Origin: Toensbergia leucococca
Lineage: Eukaryota
NCBI GenBank assembly: GCA_022813965.1
Contig: JALDZS010000103.1
Location: forward strand, 1-64,000
Direction of reading: 5' to 3'
DNA length: 64,000 nt
In this document: piece after piece, positions 36,917 through 51,043 of the stretch
Numbering within the stretch: position 1 is the first letter of the stretch
How the letters are laid out: each line of letters opens with the position of its first letter
The notes under the pieces: generated by a model
Databases searched by the model: none
What the model was told of the DNA's origin: nothing
What the model saw: only the letters and a program-made list of their open reading frames with translations
Translations under genes and position numbers: made by a program

Positions 36917-39139
36917 ATGACCGATTCAAGGCTGAATAAACGACAATCATCTGCATCGTCGTCTTCATCGCGACCAGAACTTCCACGCGTCCACTTCTCT
37001 AATCCTGATATTTTCAGTGATGATTTCGCATTGGAGCCCTTGGAAGTTGCAGACGGGTTTGAACCCTCTTTGCCAAGGGCAAGAGGTTCCCAAGATCATA
37101 GGAGGGGCAATCCTTCTGCCTCCCGGAACGATGCGACTCTCTCGTACATCTCCCATCGTCCTTCGAGTATGACCTCCGATATCACCAGCGGTGTCTCAAT
37201 GCCACATAGGACAGCAAGTACTGCATCGACCTTCACAGTCCCCCGAACCCAAAGCCCCTACCAAGGCGCCACTGGACCGAGCCATCCGTACGGAATGTAT
37301 CCTCAAGACATCGGATTGACACGGACTCGAAGCTCAGCAACAAGTTCGACAATGCGTATGCCGGACAGGGCATATACAGGATCCAATGGTCCCATGCATC
37401 CCTACAGCATGTACCCCCAGTATGCAGTACCAGAAGGTGACATAAACCCAGTTACTAGCACTGGTTCTTCCATACCAGTCGGGTTTCCTGGACTTGGACA
37501 AGACTACAGTAGACGTCAAGGGGAGGATGGGGAGGAGGCAGATGACCTCTTGGGGCCGGATGGCTATACAGAACAGCTCCCTCCCTATACCCGCTATCCC
37601 GACCATGGACCTCCCAAATCAGGTGGCTTGGGTCCGGCAAGCATATTGAGCGCTTCACGTATTCTCCCTGAATCTTCACAAGACACCCTAAATACCACAG
37701 AGTCAAGAGATTCGGCAACTGGAGGCTTAATTGCTCAGGCAGGCGGTCAACGCCCAAATGAAGGTGTCACCAGCACATCAACTATCGTAGATGAGAGCGG
37801 CAGCTTCAAGGAACTCATTACTGAAAAAGCTAAGAAGCGAATATGTGGAGCGAAATTACCTTTATGGCTCTTTGTCTTGGTAATAATCGCCATTGCAGCC
37901 CTTTTGGGGGCAGTAATTGGTGGTCTCATTGCCCATAAACGAGAAGAGCAGAAAGAGGACGCTGCCCAAGCTTCTTCAACTTCCTCTGCTGCAGCGTAAG
38001 TCGATGAATTTGTCTTCATATCTGGCAGGTCAGGACAGCTAAGACAGTATAGTGCATCTACTGTGTACGCTACAGTTACTACAACATCATTCACTGATGC
38101 CACACCCATCCAATCAATCCCTTCCAATCTCCCGGCTTTACCCACCGGCTCATTTGAAGTGTATCTGGACGCACCTACGTCTTCCGCAGCCTGCCTCAGC
38201 GTTACGCAAAATATTAGTTGGAGTTGTGCGTCGGGACATTCTCTCGACCTCGATGTGTCCCCGGCGGATGGCGGCCCAACTCAAGTCTCTCTTTCGTCCT
38301 TTGATTCTGCGAGGTCAGTCATTCGTTACGGGGCGCAGCCTCCTCTAATGACTGTTCCATGCGGCATGACGCTCATGGACGACAAAGATGACTTAGAAAG
38401 AGGACCAGCCTACTTTTTCCACCAGACTTATGATAAGATCGTTATTGTGAGCCAAAGCGATTTTTCGGCTACTCCTTCAAAACGCTGGCTCAATGAAGCT
38501 TGGCGATACGACGAGTCTGAGGGTCTTGAAGAGCGCGACGGTCCTGGCTGGTCTCGGGATCCATTCGCAAAAGTAGGAGACCAACCCTGGTTCTGTGTTT
38601 GGAATAGTACGGTCCTCGAAGGTTTCATTTACGTTACACAAAACAGTTCGGCCACATCAGAAATTATGACCGAAAGCTCTGGCATGCCACCGCCTCCGCA
38701 ACCATCGTCAACTAGCTTCCCTGCCCCAGCGTCCTATCCTTCCTTAAGCAGTGCTCCACAAGTATCTACCAGCTCATCGGGCCCCTATTTCACTCCGAGA
38801 TCGGCTCCATATGGCAAACGACAAGACCCTACATCATCGTCTCTTCCGAACCCCTACCCAAAGATTGTGAAGATTGAGGAGCGCCGTGATCAACATAATC
38901 TGATTCAGCCATACTGCCAGCAAATGCAGATTCTCAATGATGGTACTGCGCATCCAGTCACAGACGGGGTGGGTAAAGCTATCATTGTTACGCTCAACGA
39001 GACCGAGCCCGCGGCAGAGAGCGCAATTCAAGGTGGCAATTCTAAATGGAAACGAGATTGGATTGGAAGGAAGAGGAAACTTATAAAGGAGAGGGATGTT
39101 TATGGAAATGCCTGCGCCTGCGAATGGCTGATTGGGTGA
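36917..39139 (+). CDS. Conserved fungal single-pass membrane protein: Ser/Pro-rich cytosolic N-terminus, TM helix, Cys-containing extracellular domain
   Basis: GPSHPYGMYPQ, GPDGYTEQLPPYTRY, TM LWLFVLVIIAIAALLGAVIGGLI, PWFCVWNSTVLEGFIY, YPKIVKIEERR, terminal CACEW; one intron ~37996-38052. Confidence 0.75.
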
Positions 39140-39931
39140 GGTTAGCAATTGAGGTGATGCTTTGTTCTAGATGGGATTCTGATATATTGCGGGGCGCTTG
39201 GGGTATGACCTATACCTGGGTTGGCGTTTGCGTGAGAAAAGAGGTTGGTGTACTGGGGTCTGGACTGGATCGAGGGATGTAGGTTCGTTGGAGGCTTTGT
39301 GATCTATTACGGATCTATAATTTCAAGCTTTGCCAAGGGTCTTCCACTCAAGTCTTCACAATATCCCGTCGGGCAATAGCAGAGGCATAGTAAAGTTCAA
39401 ATAGTCTTGTAAAGGTGGTGCAAGACTAGATTAGATGGATAGGTAAGTAGGTACCTGTATGCATATTCGTGCGTTCAACGGTTGGTAGTCCAGTCCAACG
39501 CCTTGTAAAATCCGGCGCTAGTTGTACCTTAATCTCTCTTCTTGAATCTTGAAGCTCTCGAACTGCACTACCTACTCATACTAACGCACGAGATATTGCG
39601 TGCTGCACCTACAACAGTGACTCCTCCTAGTATGCCATGCATATACAAACGGTCTTGTGAGGTTTACAGTTATAGAAGCCTCCGAGGTACGCTCTAGATT
39701 CTTTCCCCGACACTATTTTGCTCAAGTTAGCATCCAATTACTTCTACAGCTTTCTTCATTGATCCTATTCTAATTCCTTATAGCAGCTCTGGCTTCACTT
39801 GCTTTATTTGAAAACCAACTTTGATCTGCAAGGACCGTTTATCGTCACACCCTACCCTTCCAATCTCGAGTTCTATCCAGCTCGCCTGTCTTGCGAGAAC
39901 CATACCTTGCCAACTCCGAGCGTCATTAGAG

Positions 39932-41866
39932 ATGCCTTGCTTTAAAGGATTAGCAGTCAGTATCCATACACCGGAAGGCCCGCTATCGGAGTATTCTATA
40001 CAGAAGCAGGCTAGAGCGGGACGGATTACTTCCTACATCCCAGTACCACCAGCCAAGGTACCACAAGACTCCTTGACCAACAAACCCGAGCAGTCGACGT
40101 TTGCCATATCCATAACCTTGCTTACGCCAGGTCTGACTGTACCATATTCTCTACCCAAGCCTACTGCGGAGGAGCCCTTTCCACGACCCCGAATAGTAGG
40201 AGGCCTACCAAGTGCTTCGGGCGAGCGAGGAAGACACACTGGCATTATTGGCTCTTATGTTCCTATGTCAAACTCCCCCAACGAGACAATTGCCGCCTAC
40301 ATATATTTCGATGGACGCCAGAAAGAAGAGGTAGCAACATTACTAAGAAGAGGAGAAGAGACATGGGTAAATTCACGCTGGGTTGGTGTACCTGAAGCGG
40401 AAGGTGGAGGTTTAGCTGAGCGGGAGTTTCTTTTTCGAGAGGTAGGCCTAGAGAGATGGCTCAATGGGCTAGATCTGGAGGGTAAAGACGCTGCCGCTAA
40501 AATCGAACGGAGGAGACAAAAGATGGAGAAAAAGCGACGGAGGAGAAGAGAGTCCAAGCAAAGCGACGACGACACCGAATCCTTGTCTTGGGGTAGCATG
40601 GACAGATCTGCAAGGGGCGCCCTCCGATACGGTGCAGATGAGCGATCGCCACTAGAAAAGCTATCAGACGAAGATGATATGTCGTCATCCGATTTGGAGT
40701 CAGACGATGACCCAGTACCGGAAGCGACTGGTCAGATAAAAGTGGCACTTTTCAGGGTACTTGCGTCAGGTGAGATTAAGAGAGGAGAATATTCGCCTCA
40801 ATTCGACGCACATGATGGTGATGAAGAATCAACGAAAGGGGCAGAAAATGGATCGAAAATCAACGGTGGAGGCACAGAGGAAGCTGACGTTGACCACACA
40901 ACCAGCTTCGCTGAGCCCAAATCTCTAGATCCGAAGTCTATTAGTACACAGACAGTCACTGGTATAGACGGGCCGGAGAAACCCTATGCCGTTTTCACAT
41001 TTCTGTACCGTGGAGAGAGTGAGTATCCTATATCGAGGCCTAAGACTTGCAATGCTGACAATAAGTAGAACAACTTCAAAAAATGGGCATCTTGCCGTCT
41101 TCAAAGTCTCAAGAAAAGCCCACAGCAACAGCGGCGAAGCGGAGATCAGTGCAAACCGATTTTGCGAATCTCAAGCCTTTAAAGCCTGGTGGCACATTTG
41201 GATTCTCCACTTTTCGGGATAACGAGTACCGATCTACTCCTTTCGGCGATGCGAAAAAGAAGGCCAAAGCGGCTGAACAGGACAACAGTGACGCGATGGA
41301 CAGCGATGAGGACGAAGACGAGGGTCACAAGCTTTCTCTCAAGCATGAAGAATTCGATTCACATGAACTGTCGAATGGAATGCTATCACCAGAGGACGCC
41401 ATACGCCAAGGTGAGCTGGCCGAAGGAGTACAGAAGATCAAGGTAAGCATTGCCCTCTGAGTTTCTCAAAAGTTATATACAATGAAATGTATAGAGCTAA
41501 TGAGATGACTTTTAGCTAAAACGACAACACTCGGCCGAACCCGTTAACGGCGATGCCCCTGCCACACGACGATCGCCAGCTTCAAATACTCCCACCTCAG
41601 GATCGACTCCTCCGCACATTTCATATTTTGCTACAACGCCACCTACAATTCTCACGAGTGCTTCGTACGATAATGGGGCAGATAAGGCATTCAACGACGC
41701 TGCCATAGGTAGTCCGCTGAAGAGACAGAGAGCCAGCTTGTCGGGAGTGGATGGTGATTCTATGAGGCAGAGATTTGGATTGGGGCTTTCCGAAGTACTT
41801 GGGGGAGCATTGGAACCCATCGGACAGAGAGAAGAGGATGTCAAAAAGGAGGAGGAAGAACTCTGA
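39932..41866 (+). CDS. Conserved fungal hypothetical protein with basic/acidic tracts (likely nuclear)
   Basis: MPCFKGLAVSIH.., TIAAYIYFDGR, EREFLFREVGLERWL, GQIKVALFRV, PYAVFTFLYRG|EQLQKMG; two introns; stop at 41864-41866. Confidence 0.75.
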
Positions 41867-42671
41867 AGGGGCATTTTGAATCGGAAGCAGAAAACCGGCC
41901 ATTCAAATTCTATCGCAGTGGTGCCTTTGGTCTATGTTTGACTTGGCCTGCGGACTGATAAAACATTTCCGGGACGCTGGTAGTAACATTTACACACTAT
42001 AGGGTGCAGTGCCCTGGCTGGTTTGCGACAATTTTGGGCATGCTGGATACATCAACTCAAAGGCGCTAGGGTAGATTTATCCATGAAGAGGTCCAATCTT
42101 CATTATTCTTGGATGTTGAATCGATAGTAAATTTGGATGTTGAAGAGTCGTGTCTCAAATTGATTTCTGCTTTGATATTGCTGGGCTCGTAAGTGAACTG
42201 TAAGGACTAGATCAAGAAGACGGGTCTTTCCTCTTGGAGGTTTTATTACTGGTAAGGGGTCGAACCAGTTTGAGGGTTTGGGGGCGCCATTGTAGTCTTG
42301 ATGTACAAGGAAATAGTGCTCTGATGCGCAATTGACTTGATATTATTGAGAAGAGTCGTGGATGAGTGCTTTCTGTTTCGAGGGCATTATCAGACAGAGA
42401 TAGGATTGTAGTCTTGTGGATGGGATTCAGGGATAAAAGCTTAATTTCCGTGTCTCACACGTCTCAACCAGGGGGTCCTCCCATGCCAAGCAATTTCCAA
42501 AATAACTTGCTATCTTTCGAGGGAGCGCTTTGTATTTTCCTCGCCCCAAACCTCCATCATTCATTCTATTCACTCGTTCACCCCAATTACCGTCCATCTG
42601 TTTCAGAGCATTGACTTTGCTTTCCATACGCTAAACCACATAATCTTCCATCAATCCCTCGTACTATCACC

Positions 42672-43370
42672 ATGCAGTCTCGAATCACCCTATTGTTTAC
42701 CTCGTTGCTCGTTGCCTTTGCCGCCGCCCAAAACTTCACCTTCGATCCTAATTCCGTTGACCTGACCACCAAGAGTATGCTGTCCTCTCCTCACGCGTTC
42801 CTATCCATTCAGCTGACTTCTCTATCAAGACCAATGGTGTACCAGCGAATTGAACACCTGCCCTAGTCTCTGTGGTGGATTGCCAGACACTTCAGCCAAC
42901 CAATGTACCGGCGTGAGTACTCACTTTTACACCCATTATCCCCATCATGAACCTACCAATCTCTTCAAATCATATGGCGACGCGGAGAACTGACTTCAAG
43001 TCATTAGGCCACCCTCAATTATACCTGCACCTGCGCCAACGGCACTGCTCCAGACGTCATGGCCTACAAGCTCACTCTTCCTTACTACATCTGTCAAGCC
43101 TCGTTCGCTCAATGTAACACAGCCTACCCAGGTGCCCAATCTTGCTCTGACCAATTCCAATGCGCATCCCTTGATGCCTCCTCGGTCCCAACCGGCGTCG
43201 GTGCCAGCTCCACCAGCTCGAGTGCCACGGCTACCTCCACAAGCTCAGCCACCGCGACCTCATCAACTGCAAGCGCCACAGCAAAGAGCTTTGCCGTCAA
43301 AGTTGGAGGTGACTATGGAGTTGGGGCTGTTGCCGCCGGGCTTGCCGCTGCTGTGGGATGTGTATTGTAA
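42672..43370 (+). CDS. Small secreted Cys-rich, probably GPI-anchored cell-surface protein
   Basis: Signal peptide MQSRITLLFTSLLVAFAAAQ, WC..ELNTCPSLCGG, YTCTCANG, Ser/Thr-rich stalk, hydrophobic C-terminus; 2 introns. Confidence 0.8.
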
Positions 43371-43836
43371 GAGAGTGAGGCGATACGTTTACTTTCAAGG
43401 ATGAAGTTTTTAGGGCGGGATTCCATTGCGTATGCGTGTTTCGTGATGTGTTATTCTCAATTGCTCTCGTGAGTCCTAGCTGGGTTCGGTAACTTGGCGA
43501 GCATACTGGGGCGTGTACTACCTTATTGCATTGTTCTGCTCTTAGGCGGTCAATCCCTTCGATTGTAATTAATCATTGTGTTGCGTTCTACACTACGTGT
43601 CCATCACAGACTAAGCCCGGATCTAGGCCTCTTCGACCTCCTGGGTAGTGTTATCTCATCTTCTAATGATTTGCCTTCGTTCAAATTTTGCCGAGGTCCA
43701 GTCCCTCAATGAAAGGCCGAATGACGATGACAGACTTCAGCGAATTCTCATTCTCAAATAGTCCCCTCGTGCATTACTCCAAGTTCTCTTGGATATACTC
43801 CTACTCCTGTACTATAGCTGCTTTTATATAATCCCA

Positions 43837-45415
43837 ATGGACACGTCTAGCCCCTCTTCCATGTTGCGCGCATTGCTTCCCAAGGTACCTTTAATTTTCA
43901 CGACCGCTTTAGCACACACTTTATGGCTCTCGCCCACCTCTACCAAGGTGGATCTCAAAACGGAGCTCATAGTCAGGTTAATCCGCTCTTTCATGAATTC
44001 GCCATCCCCGACTCCAATCTCGAAACAGCAGGCCTGGAGCTTGAACGACCCGGGTATAAAGGGTAAAATCTGGATCTCCAAGGTCAACATACCACCTCCA
44101 GAAGAGGATGATATACGGGCAGTGCTAGTCCATGCTGTGGAGAGCATGAAGGAAGACGGAGAGATATACACAAGACCTGAAATCGAGCCTGTAGAAGCAG
44201 AGTGGACAGGCTACCGATCCGGCGTTGACGCCCGCCGCCCAAGGCTGGACCTGTCAGAAGAACAACATTATGCCAAGCTCATGGGAGAGGTATCTAGTGA
44301 TGTTACAATCCTTTATTTCCATGGTGGAGCCTTCTAGTACATCTTCCCTGCCCTTGAAGAGCATTCGACACACAGACTGATCCATGCCTTTAAGTCTTAT
44401 GGATCCCAGCTCCCACCGGATCCCTACTTCGAGACTCGCACAATTGACCGGTGGTCGCTGTCTTTCAGTTCGCTATCGTCTGAGCCCCAAGTATGCATTC
44501 CCTTGCGCCCTCTTAGACGCCCTGATGGCCTATCTCTACCTTCTATACCCACCACCTGGGTCCTTTCATTCTCCCGTTCCTGCGTCCCACGTTGTAATTG
44601 CAGGGGATTCTGCTGGCGGTAACCTCTCGCTTTCTCTCCTCCAATTAATTCTCGAAATCCGTCGTTCCTCCCCCACACGACCTCCCACAATCGGTTTCCA
44701 TGGCCAAACAGTGCCCATACCTATACCCGCTGGCGTGGCTGTTAATTCTGCCTGGTTGGATATGACAAGATGCATGCCGTCTGTTGTCAAAAATGCGACT
44801 TATGATTACCTTCCACCTCCCCTCACCAACGACCATATCGCACAATTACCCAGATGTGAGATATGGCCTACGGATCCACCAAGGGGAGATTTATACTGCG
44901 ACATCAGTATGCTCTGCCACCCTCTGGTGTCACCTTTGGCAGCGAAAGATTGGAGTGGTGCTTGCCCATTGTGGTTAGATTACGGGCAGGAGATGCTGGT
45001 GGATGAGGGTAAGGCAGTTGCAGCGCTAGCAAGAAAACAGGGAGTAGTGGTAGATTGGCAGGAATGGGAAGCAATGCCGCATTGCTGGTCGATGATATTC
45101 GAAGGATTGCCGGCGGCGAAGAAGGCTTTTGCCAGCTGGGCAAAGTTCTGTGGGTGAGTTTGACACTTTGGTAGAATTCCTAAACATTGATCTTTCGAGA
45201 TTCCTAAATCCTACAATAGGGATGCAGTTGGATCTGCGGAGAGCATACGAACGAGAGGGAAGTTCGTGAAAGCCAAAAGTTTGAAGGAGCACGAGGTAGA
45301 TGTTGAGGCTTTGGGGGAGTTTGGGCGTGAGAAGGTTCTGGAGATGATGCAGGAGGCTAGGCGGAAGAGGGAAATTGGCGAGGAAGGGGAGGCAAAACTC
45401 CTCCCCAGATTGTGA
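43837..45415 (+). CDS. Alpha/beta hydrolase fold-3 (HSL-family esterase/lipase)
   Basis: YFHGGAF oxyanion motif, YRLSP, GDSAGG nucleophile motif, HPLVSP, MPHCW; 2 introns. Confidence 0.9.
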
Positions 45416-45940
45416 TTTTGGCTAGGTCTGGAGAAGTCCTCTATAGGTGCATTGGTTAAGCTGAGTTGAGGACGAAGTTGATGCCGCTTGCAACGGATGC
45501 AAAGCTGGTCTTTTGGGACGGTCTCATCGTAATACCTCAACTGGACTGTCATCGACCAAGTTTGCTGTTCTCGAAGAGGAGAGCATTTACGTCTTCCGGT
45601 TCGGTCGGAAGGCCGAGTATATGTGTATATGATAATTCTGAGAACACATAATGAAATATCTGTACATTTGTTTCAAACCTCTTCCTTAAGTCAGAACATT
45701 CGTACCTATCGTAGGAATGGTACAAAATTCGAATGGTATTGATAGATACATCACTTAGCTGAAAATTATGAACAGTAATTTGGTAGAAAGGGTTTGGTGA
45801 TTTTGTGATGCGTTATCAAAATCGGGCTCGAGATGGGGGCTGCTTTGCGTTTCCCTTCAATAATAGATGAGAACGAAGGTGAAGACTCACCAGCATCACC
45901 GGCTTCCTCAATTTTGCTTGCTCCTTATAAACCTACAAAG

Positions 45941-48900
45941 ATGCCGTTAACAAGCCGGAGCAAAGTCAACGCAGCAGTGCTTCCGAACGTTGGTCTACAG
46001 CTGCTCAACGACCCCGCTTGGCAGACAGCAAAGGCCACTTATGAGACCCAGACCAAGATCAAGGGGAATGATCTTGATGAGATCTTGAATACCAATGGGC
46101 CTACTGATATAGCCGACTTCATCCTGCGCATTCAAGATGGCACGACCAAAGGACGATATGCCAAGACCGTGGGGATTGCCAACACGTGTACAGCTTTTCT
46201 CAAAGAGAGAGAAGGTGCAATAGACATGTTGGCACAAGCTGGCGGTGCTCCTGGCTGTCTTACCTGGGGTTGTATCAAATTGGCTCTGCATGTAATCTAC
46301 CAAGCTGCCGCGAGCAGTTTTTCTTAGTGAACAGCATTTGCTTCAAGAGGCTGACAAGCTTTCAGATCGTACGTGGATACGCTGAGGAATATCAGAAGCT
46401 CTTGAGGGCGCTTGCCGACATTTGCAGCTGGCTGTCACCTGTTCAGATGGATGCAGTGACTTTCTCCAATTCAGACCAGGTTCAAGGAAGTCTAGTCGCC
46501 GTGTACGCCTGTATACTAAGGTTTTGGGAGAAGGGTATTCTAGCTTATTCCAGTCACCAGAAAAAAGGCGGAGATTCGTCCGCGCTTCTACAGCTATTTG
46601 GTCGGATCTTGGCAAAGAGCTTGAAGAACTTAAGGAACATTTGGACAGACAGCTACGAGTCTTCGAGGCAAGTGCAAGGGCCGAGCATCACAGGAAGACT
46701 AATGAGGGCCAGGTCGTAGTCCATTCAGGTGAGCTTCTATCAACACTTCTTCTACTTTTCTTACGCTGAAAATTTGATAAGCCCTGGAAGCCGCGGCGAA
46801 CTCTGCCCGCCGGAAAGAGATCGTCTATTGGCTTGGCCCCCCTGATGATGCCCCTTACGGGAACGATTTTCATGAAGAAGACCTGCGCAACCAACTTAAG
46901 TCCCGCCATCAAGGTACCTGCTCTTGGATATATCAGAAGCCCGAGTACCAGCGATGGCTCGGTGCAACGACTGCACCAGAGCGTCTTCTTTTCATTACAG
47001 CAGGACCAGGTGCCGGTAAAAGTGTTCTGGCAGCATCTCTAATTCAGCATTTACAACAGCAGCAAAAACGACATCAGCCAGGCAATTTCCTTGGTGACCA
47101 TTTGATTCTTCATTTCTTTTTCTTTTACGGTGATCGAAACAAAAACTCTTCCATCGCCGTCGCGAAGTCTCTTCTTTATCAGCTGTACGAATACGGTCGA
47201 AGGGATCCAGCAGAAAGCTGCGATGATATTGAGCTCGTCTTAGAGCATGCTGCCAAAGCCAGAGCGAAAAGCTCTAAGAAGTTGTGGGACCTTATTCTCA
47301 TGTATCTGTCTCGATTTAGAAGTATCTCCATGATTCTGGATGCCCTCGATGAGTGCATCGATCCGGCGGATGCATACGAGGGCGTTTCTAAAATCTTATC
47401 TCAAACACCTGTGAAAATAATTCTAACCGGCCGCCCAGAAGAGCACAGATTGCAAAACACTGGATTGAGTTTCCTACGATTAGGGATTGGCCCCCAGGAG
47501 ATTACTGAAGACATCAAGACATTCTTAGGTACCAAGACCCGGGGAGCGTTCTCTTGCCCTTCACATCGTCAGTTCGTCATTGACAAAATATTGTCAAAGG
47601 CTGAAGGTATGTTTTTGTGGGTGAAGCTCGTTGTTCTTGCCTTGGAGTCTATCAATCGCGTGTCAGAAATCGAAGATGCGCTTTCTTCACTACCGATCGA
47701 TTTAAATGCAGCTTACGAAAGTACGATACGAAGAATGCATTCGAATATGAAAGATTCGCCAGGAATGCAGAGACGGTGTATGGAAGCATTGCGACGGCTG
47801 ACATGCTCACTTCGGCCCCTACGGACGATAGAGCTATTTGAAGCCATGACACCCGACAGTGATGAAGATGAGATACTCTTCACTAAAGAAGACTTGAGTT
47901 CTGCTTGCGATCCTTTGACTATTGAACAGAATGGAATCATACAGCTCATACATTTCTCGGCCAAAGAGTATCTTACTGGCCCGTCTTTAGGAGAAGCTAG
48001 AGATCAAAAGCTTCGCGCTTTTCATGTGGATCCATCTCAGACCAATTTTCATCTTTTTCGGATTTGTTTGCAATACGTACAGGCACCTAGAACGTTGAAA
48101 GCATTTCCCCCGACAGGTCCAGACCCAGCTCAACGATTGACAAAGACCGCCCGGGTCGTTAAAGTCGCAAACCAACTTCCGTTTCTGGAATACGCGACTC
48201 TCAATTGGATTCCACATCTTCTAGCTTGCAGAAAGACAGCATCTACAAGGTTTCCAACGATACTACCAAGCTTCATGACATCTTCGAACACTTTAGTTTG
48301 GATCGAGACCTATCTAACATTCAATCATCGGAACAGCGACGTCTTACAACTAGACCGGATTGTGGATGACATGTCCAGATGGTTGACAGACGAGGCAGAT
48401 GAGCAAGTTGTTGAGCTCATTTGGATCTGGAAGACCTCTCTGGATTCTCTTCTGCATGAATTTGGTCGGCCGTTGATAGAGGAGCCCAACCAAGTACGCC
48501 ATATCGATCTTGCCTTGCTAACTGGCTATGACAAGTCTAAATTGTGTTGGCAGCCGTCCTCTGGGCTTGATTACGACCGTCATGTCATCCTTGAATCAGC
48601 TTTGCCAAGCATTACATCACAGGATTTGCCAGTCAGCAAAATTGGACGAGAACAAATGCTCTATCGAACCCCGGGCAGCCAAGTCACTCGTTTGGGACTG
48701 TTCCATTTTCATTGCCAAAGTAGGACTTTTCTGTTCGCTGACGCCTGTGTGGGTCCGGGTAGCTCTGCGTGGCTTTTCTGCCAGGACAGCGCGTCTGGTC
48801 GTATTCTTCCTGCCTTAAGTAGCCTAGAAGCAAGCCCACGTGGTCTCCGCCTACTGGTATCTAGAGTCCGAGCAGATGGGAAGTACCTCTTCTTGGCGTA

Positions 48901-51043
48901 TAAAGATCGGAATTTTCGGGCGAGGGAAAGAATATGTCTAACCATTTGGAGAATACCATCAATCGATTTCGAACTCAATAAAAACGACTGTTCCTGGGCG
49001 AAGAAGGTGTATAGTGGACGTAGGACGAGCTACAGAGACTGGAGAGGTTCTGGAAACTTCCCCGTAATCTCATTCTCTGACAATGACAAGGTATATTTTG
49101 GATTTGAATGTGTTGACCTCGTCACTGGAGAATGTACACTGACGAAAAAACACTCCCACTATCCGAGCTCCTTTTCATTCTCGAAGAAATACAACCGAAA
49201 TGAAGGTACTTGCCGTATTATAGGCAGTGAAAACAGCATTATCCAGTCGTATTGGGAATCACTCAAAGATGATAGCGAATCCCGTCAAGAATGGGGCATT
49301 GATAAAAAGATACAAGCTGCTAGCGAGAATGGTGAATTCATTGTGTATTCCTACAGAAGCCCTAGCTCAAACAATGCTCTCGCCCTCAAACGTGCCATCT
49401 CTGGTGAGACCCTAGAGTTGTCTGAAAGATTCGAGTATACTGAACAACACTCCCCTGATCTGATCTTCCTCAAAGACAATACAGGCTTGATCAGCATCAT
49501 TGCGACTCCGGAAATTCACATTGAAGTCCATACTTGGGACTTTCATTCGAACAGCGTGCCAACTGTTTCTTCTCGATCAATGACTGTACCCCTTCCATAT
49601 CATCGTCTCGATGGTTTTTGCTTCAATGAAGTAGAATCCGAGTTGTACTTGGCTACAAGCAGGTGCTGGTTTCGACTTGACCTTTGCTCAATGAGCCAGA
49701 AAGACAACCTCCTAGTTCATATCCGAGATGGTTTTCAAAAATCTGGAGGCGGGAGCGAACGACATGCGACTGTGTGCATTTCCTCCGATGGCCTTCGCGC
49801 TGCTTTGATTGACAGGAACCTGCAGGATGTCACGATCAAGATGTATGATGTTTCGAAGGCGGAACTTGAGAGTGTTTTTCAATCACGGCCAGTGGTGTCA
49901 TTGACTGATTCTCGAGATGTCGACGGCTGTATTTATGCTAGTCCTGATCTTGAAGTATTTTGGATTGGCAAATCTTTAGTGCATCTTGAGGTAAGGCGTG
50001 ACGAGCGTCATGTTGTGGATTTTACGTTGCCAACGGATTTTCCAAGAGATGTTATCGATAATTCGAGCGATTGTCTGTTTTCCAGCGCTTGTCGTAAGTA
50101 CTTAGCTGTCTATGCTGAGCAGTGGTTCGACGAGGTGAACAAGACCTTAGGTTGTCTGGAAGATCACGTGCGTGTGTTTCTCCTTGATCCGATCAAGAAT
50201 TCGGTGAAACGTTTATCTCTCCAAACCCCGTCCATGACCTCGGGTAGTGAACCTCGCATTCGATTTCATCCTTCAGAGGCCAAGCTTGCTGTGCTTACGT
50301 GCATCACCGATGGTGCCAAAGTCATAGCAAACCTCTATATGATTGATATGACCACCTTGGAGGTATCTCAGCTTTGGACTTGTCCTGGGGAAGGAATTTC
50401 ATATTATGACACCTGGTTATATTTCTCCGATTGTGGTACATACATACAATCCAAATCTCCAAACGGTCTCGGAGCACGTCCCGTGTATCAACACCAGACA
50501 GAAAAAGCGGTGACGGGCCTTCAATACGGCGGGTGGCAGACTGGGCGATCCGGTCCATTTGGAGGTTTACTCACCTCTGTCAGGGTCATAAACAGGCTCT
50601 ATTCGCTGCCTAATAGCCATTCCTTCTGTTGTGACTACCAGTTATCGTTGTATCAGCAGACCTCTGAGCAGCAGATATTCTTGAAGATTCAGCGTCGCAT
50701 TGACGAAGATTTCACATTTTACAATGAGATCCACCAATATGCGTTATATCCACTGACTGTGATGCCAGCTCGACTCAAGGAGAGATCGGAGCTACGTCTT
50801 CTTCTTGGCGAGACCGATCATTCGAATTTGCGAATCGTTTTTTCGAATATACGCGAACAGCCTTGGAAGATCTTCGAAGCTCCAAAAGCCTACGAGTTCC
50901 CCTTTTTGGAGATTAAATTTCTCCACTTCTCTTGGCATGATGTAATCTCTGATCTCGATGCGTACTTTGCAGACGTCGACATTGGGGATACAGAGAACCC
51001 CAAACTCACAGGGTTAATCCCGCGAATACATGCTAAAAGATGA
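45941..51043 (+). CDS. Fungal NLR-like STAND protein: helical N-terminal domain, NACHT NTPase, winged helix, divergent beta-propeller-like C-terminus; frameshifted as assembled
   Basis: Exons 45941-46291, 46366-46728, 46782-51043. RHQGTCSWI, Walker A GPGAGKS, Walker B ILDALDEC, KAEGMFLWVKL, LPIDLNAAY, IHFSAKEYL, FLEYATLNW. Exon 2 is 1 nt short (A6 at 46561-46566). Confidence 0.85.
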
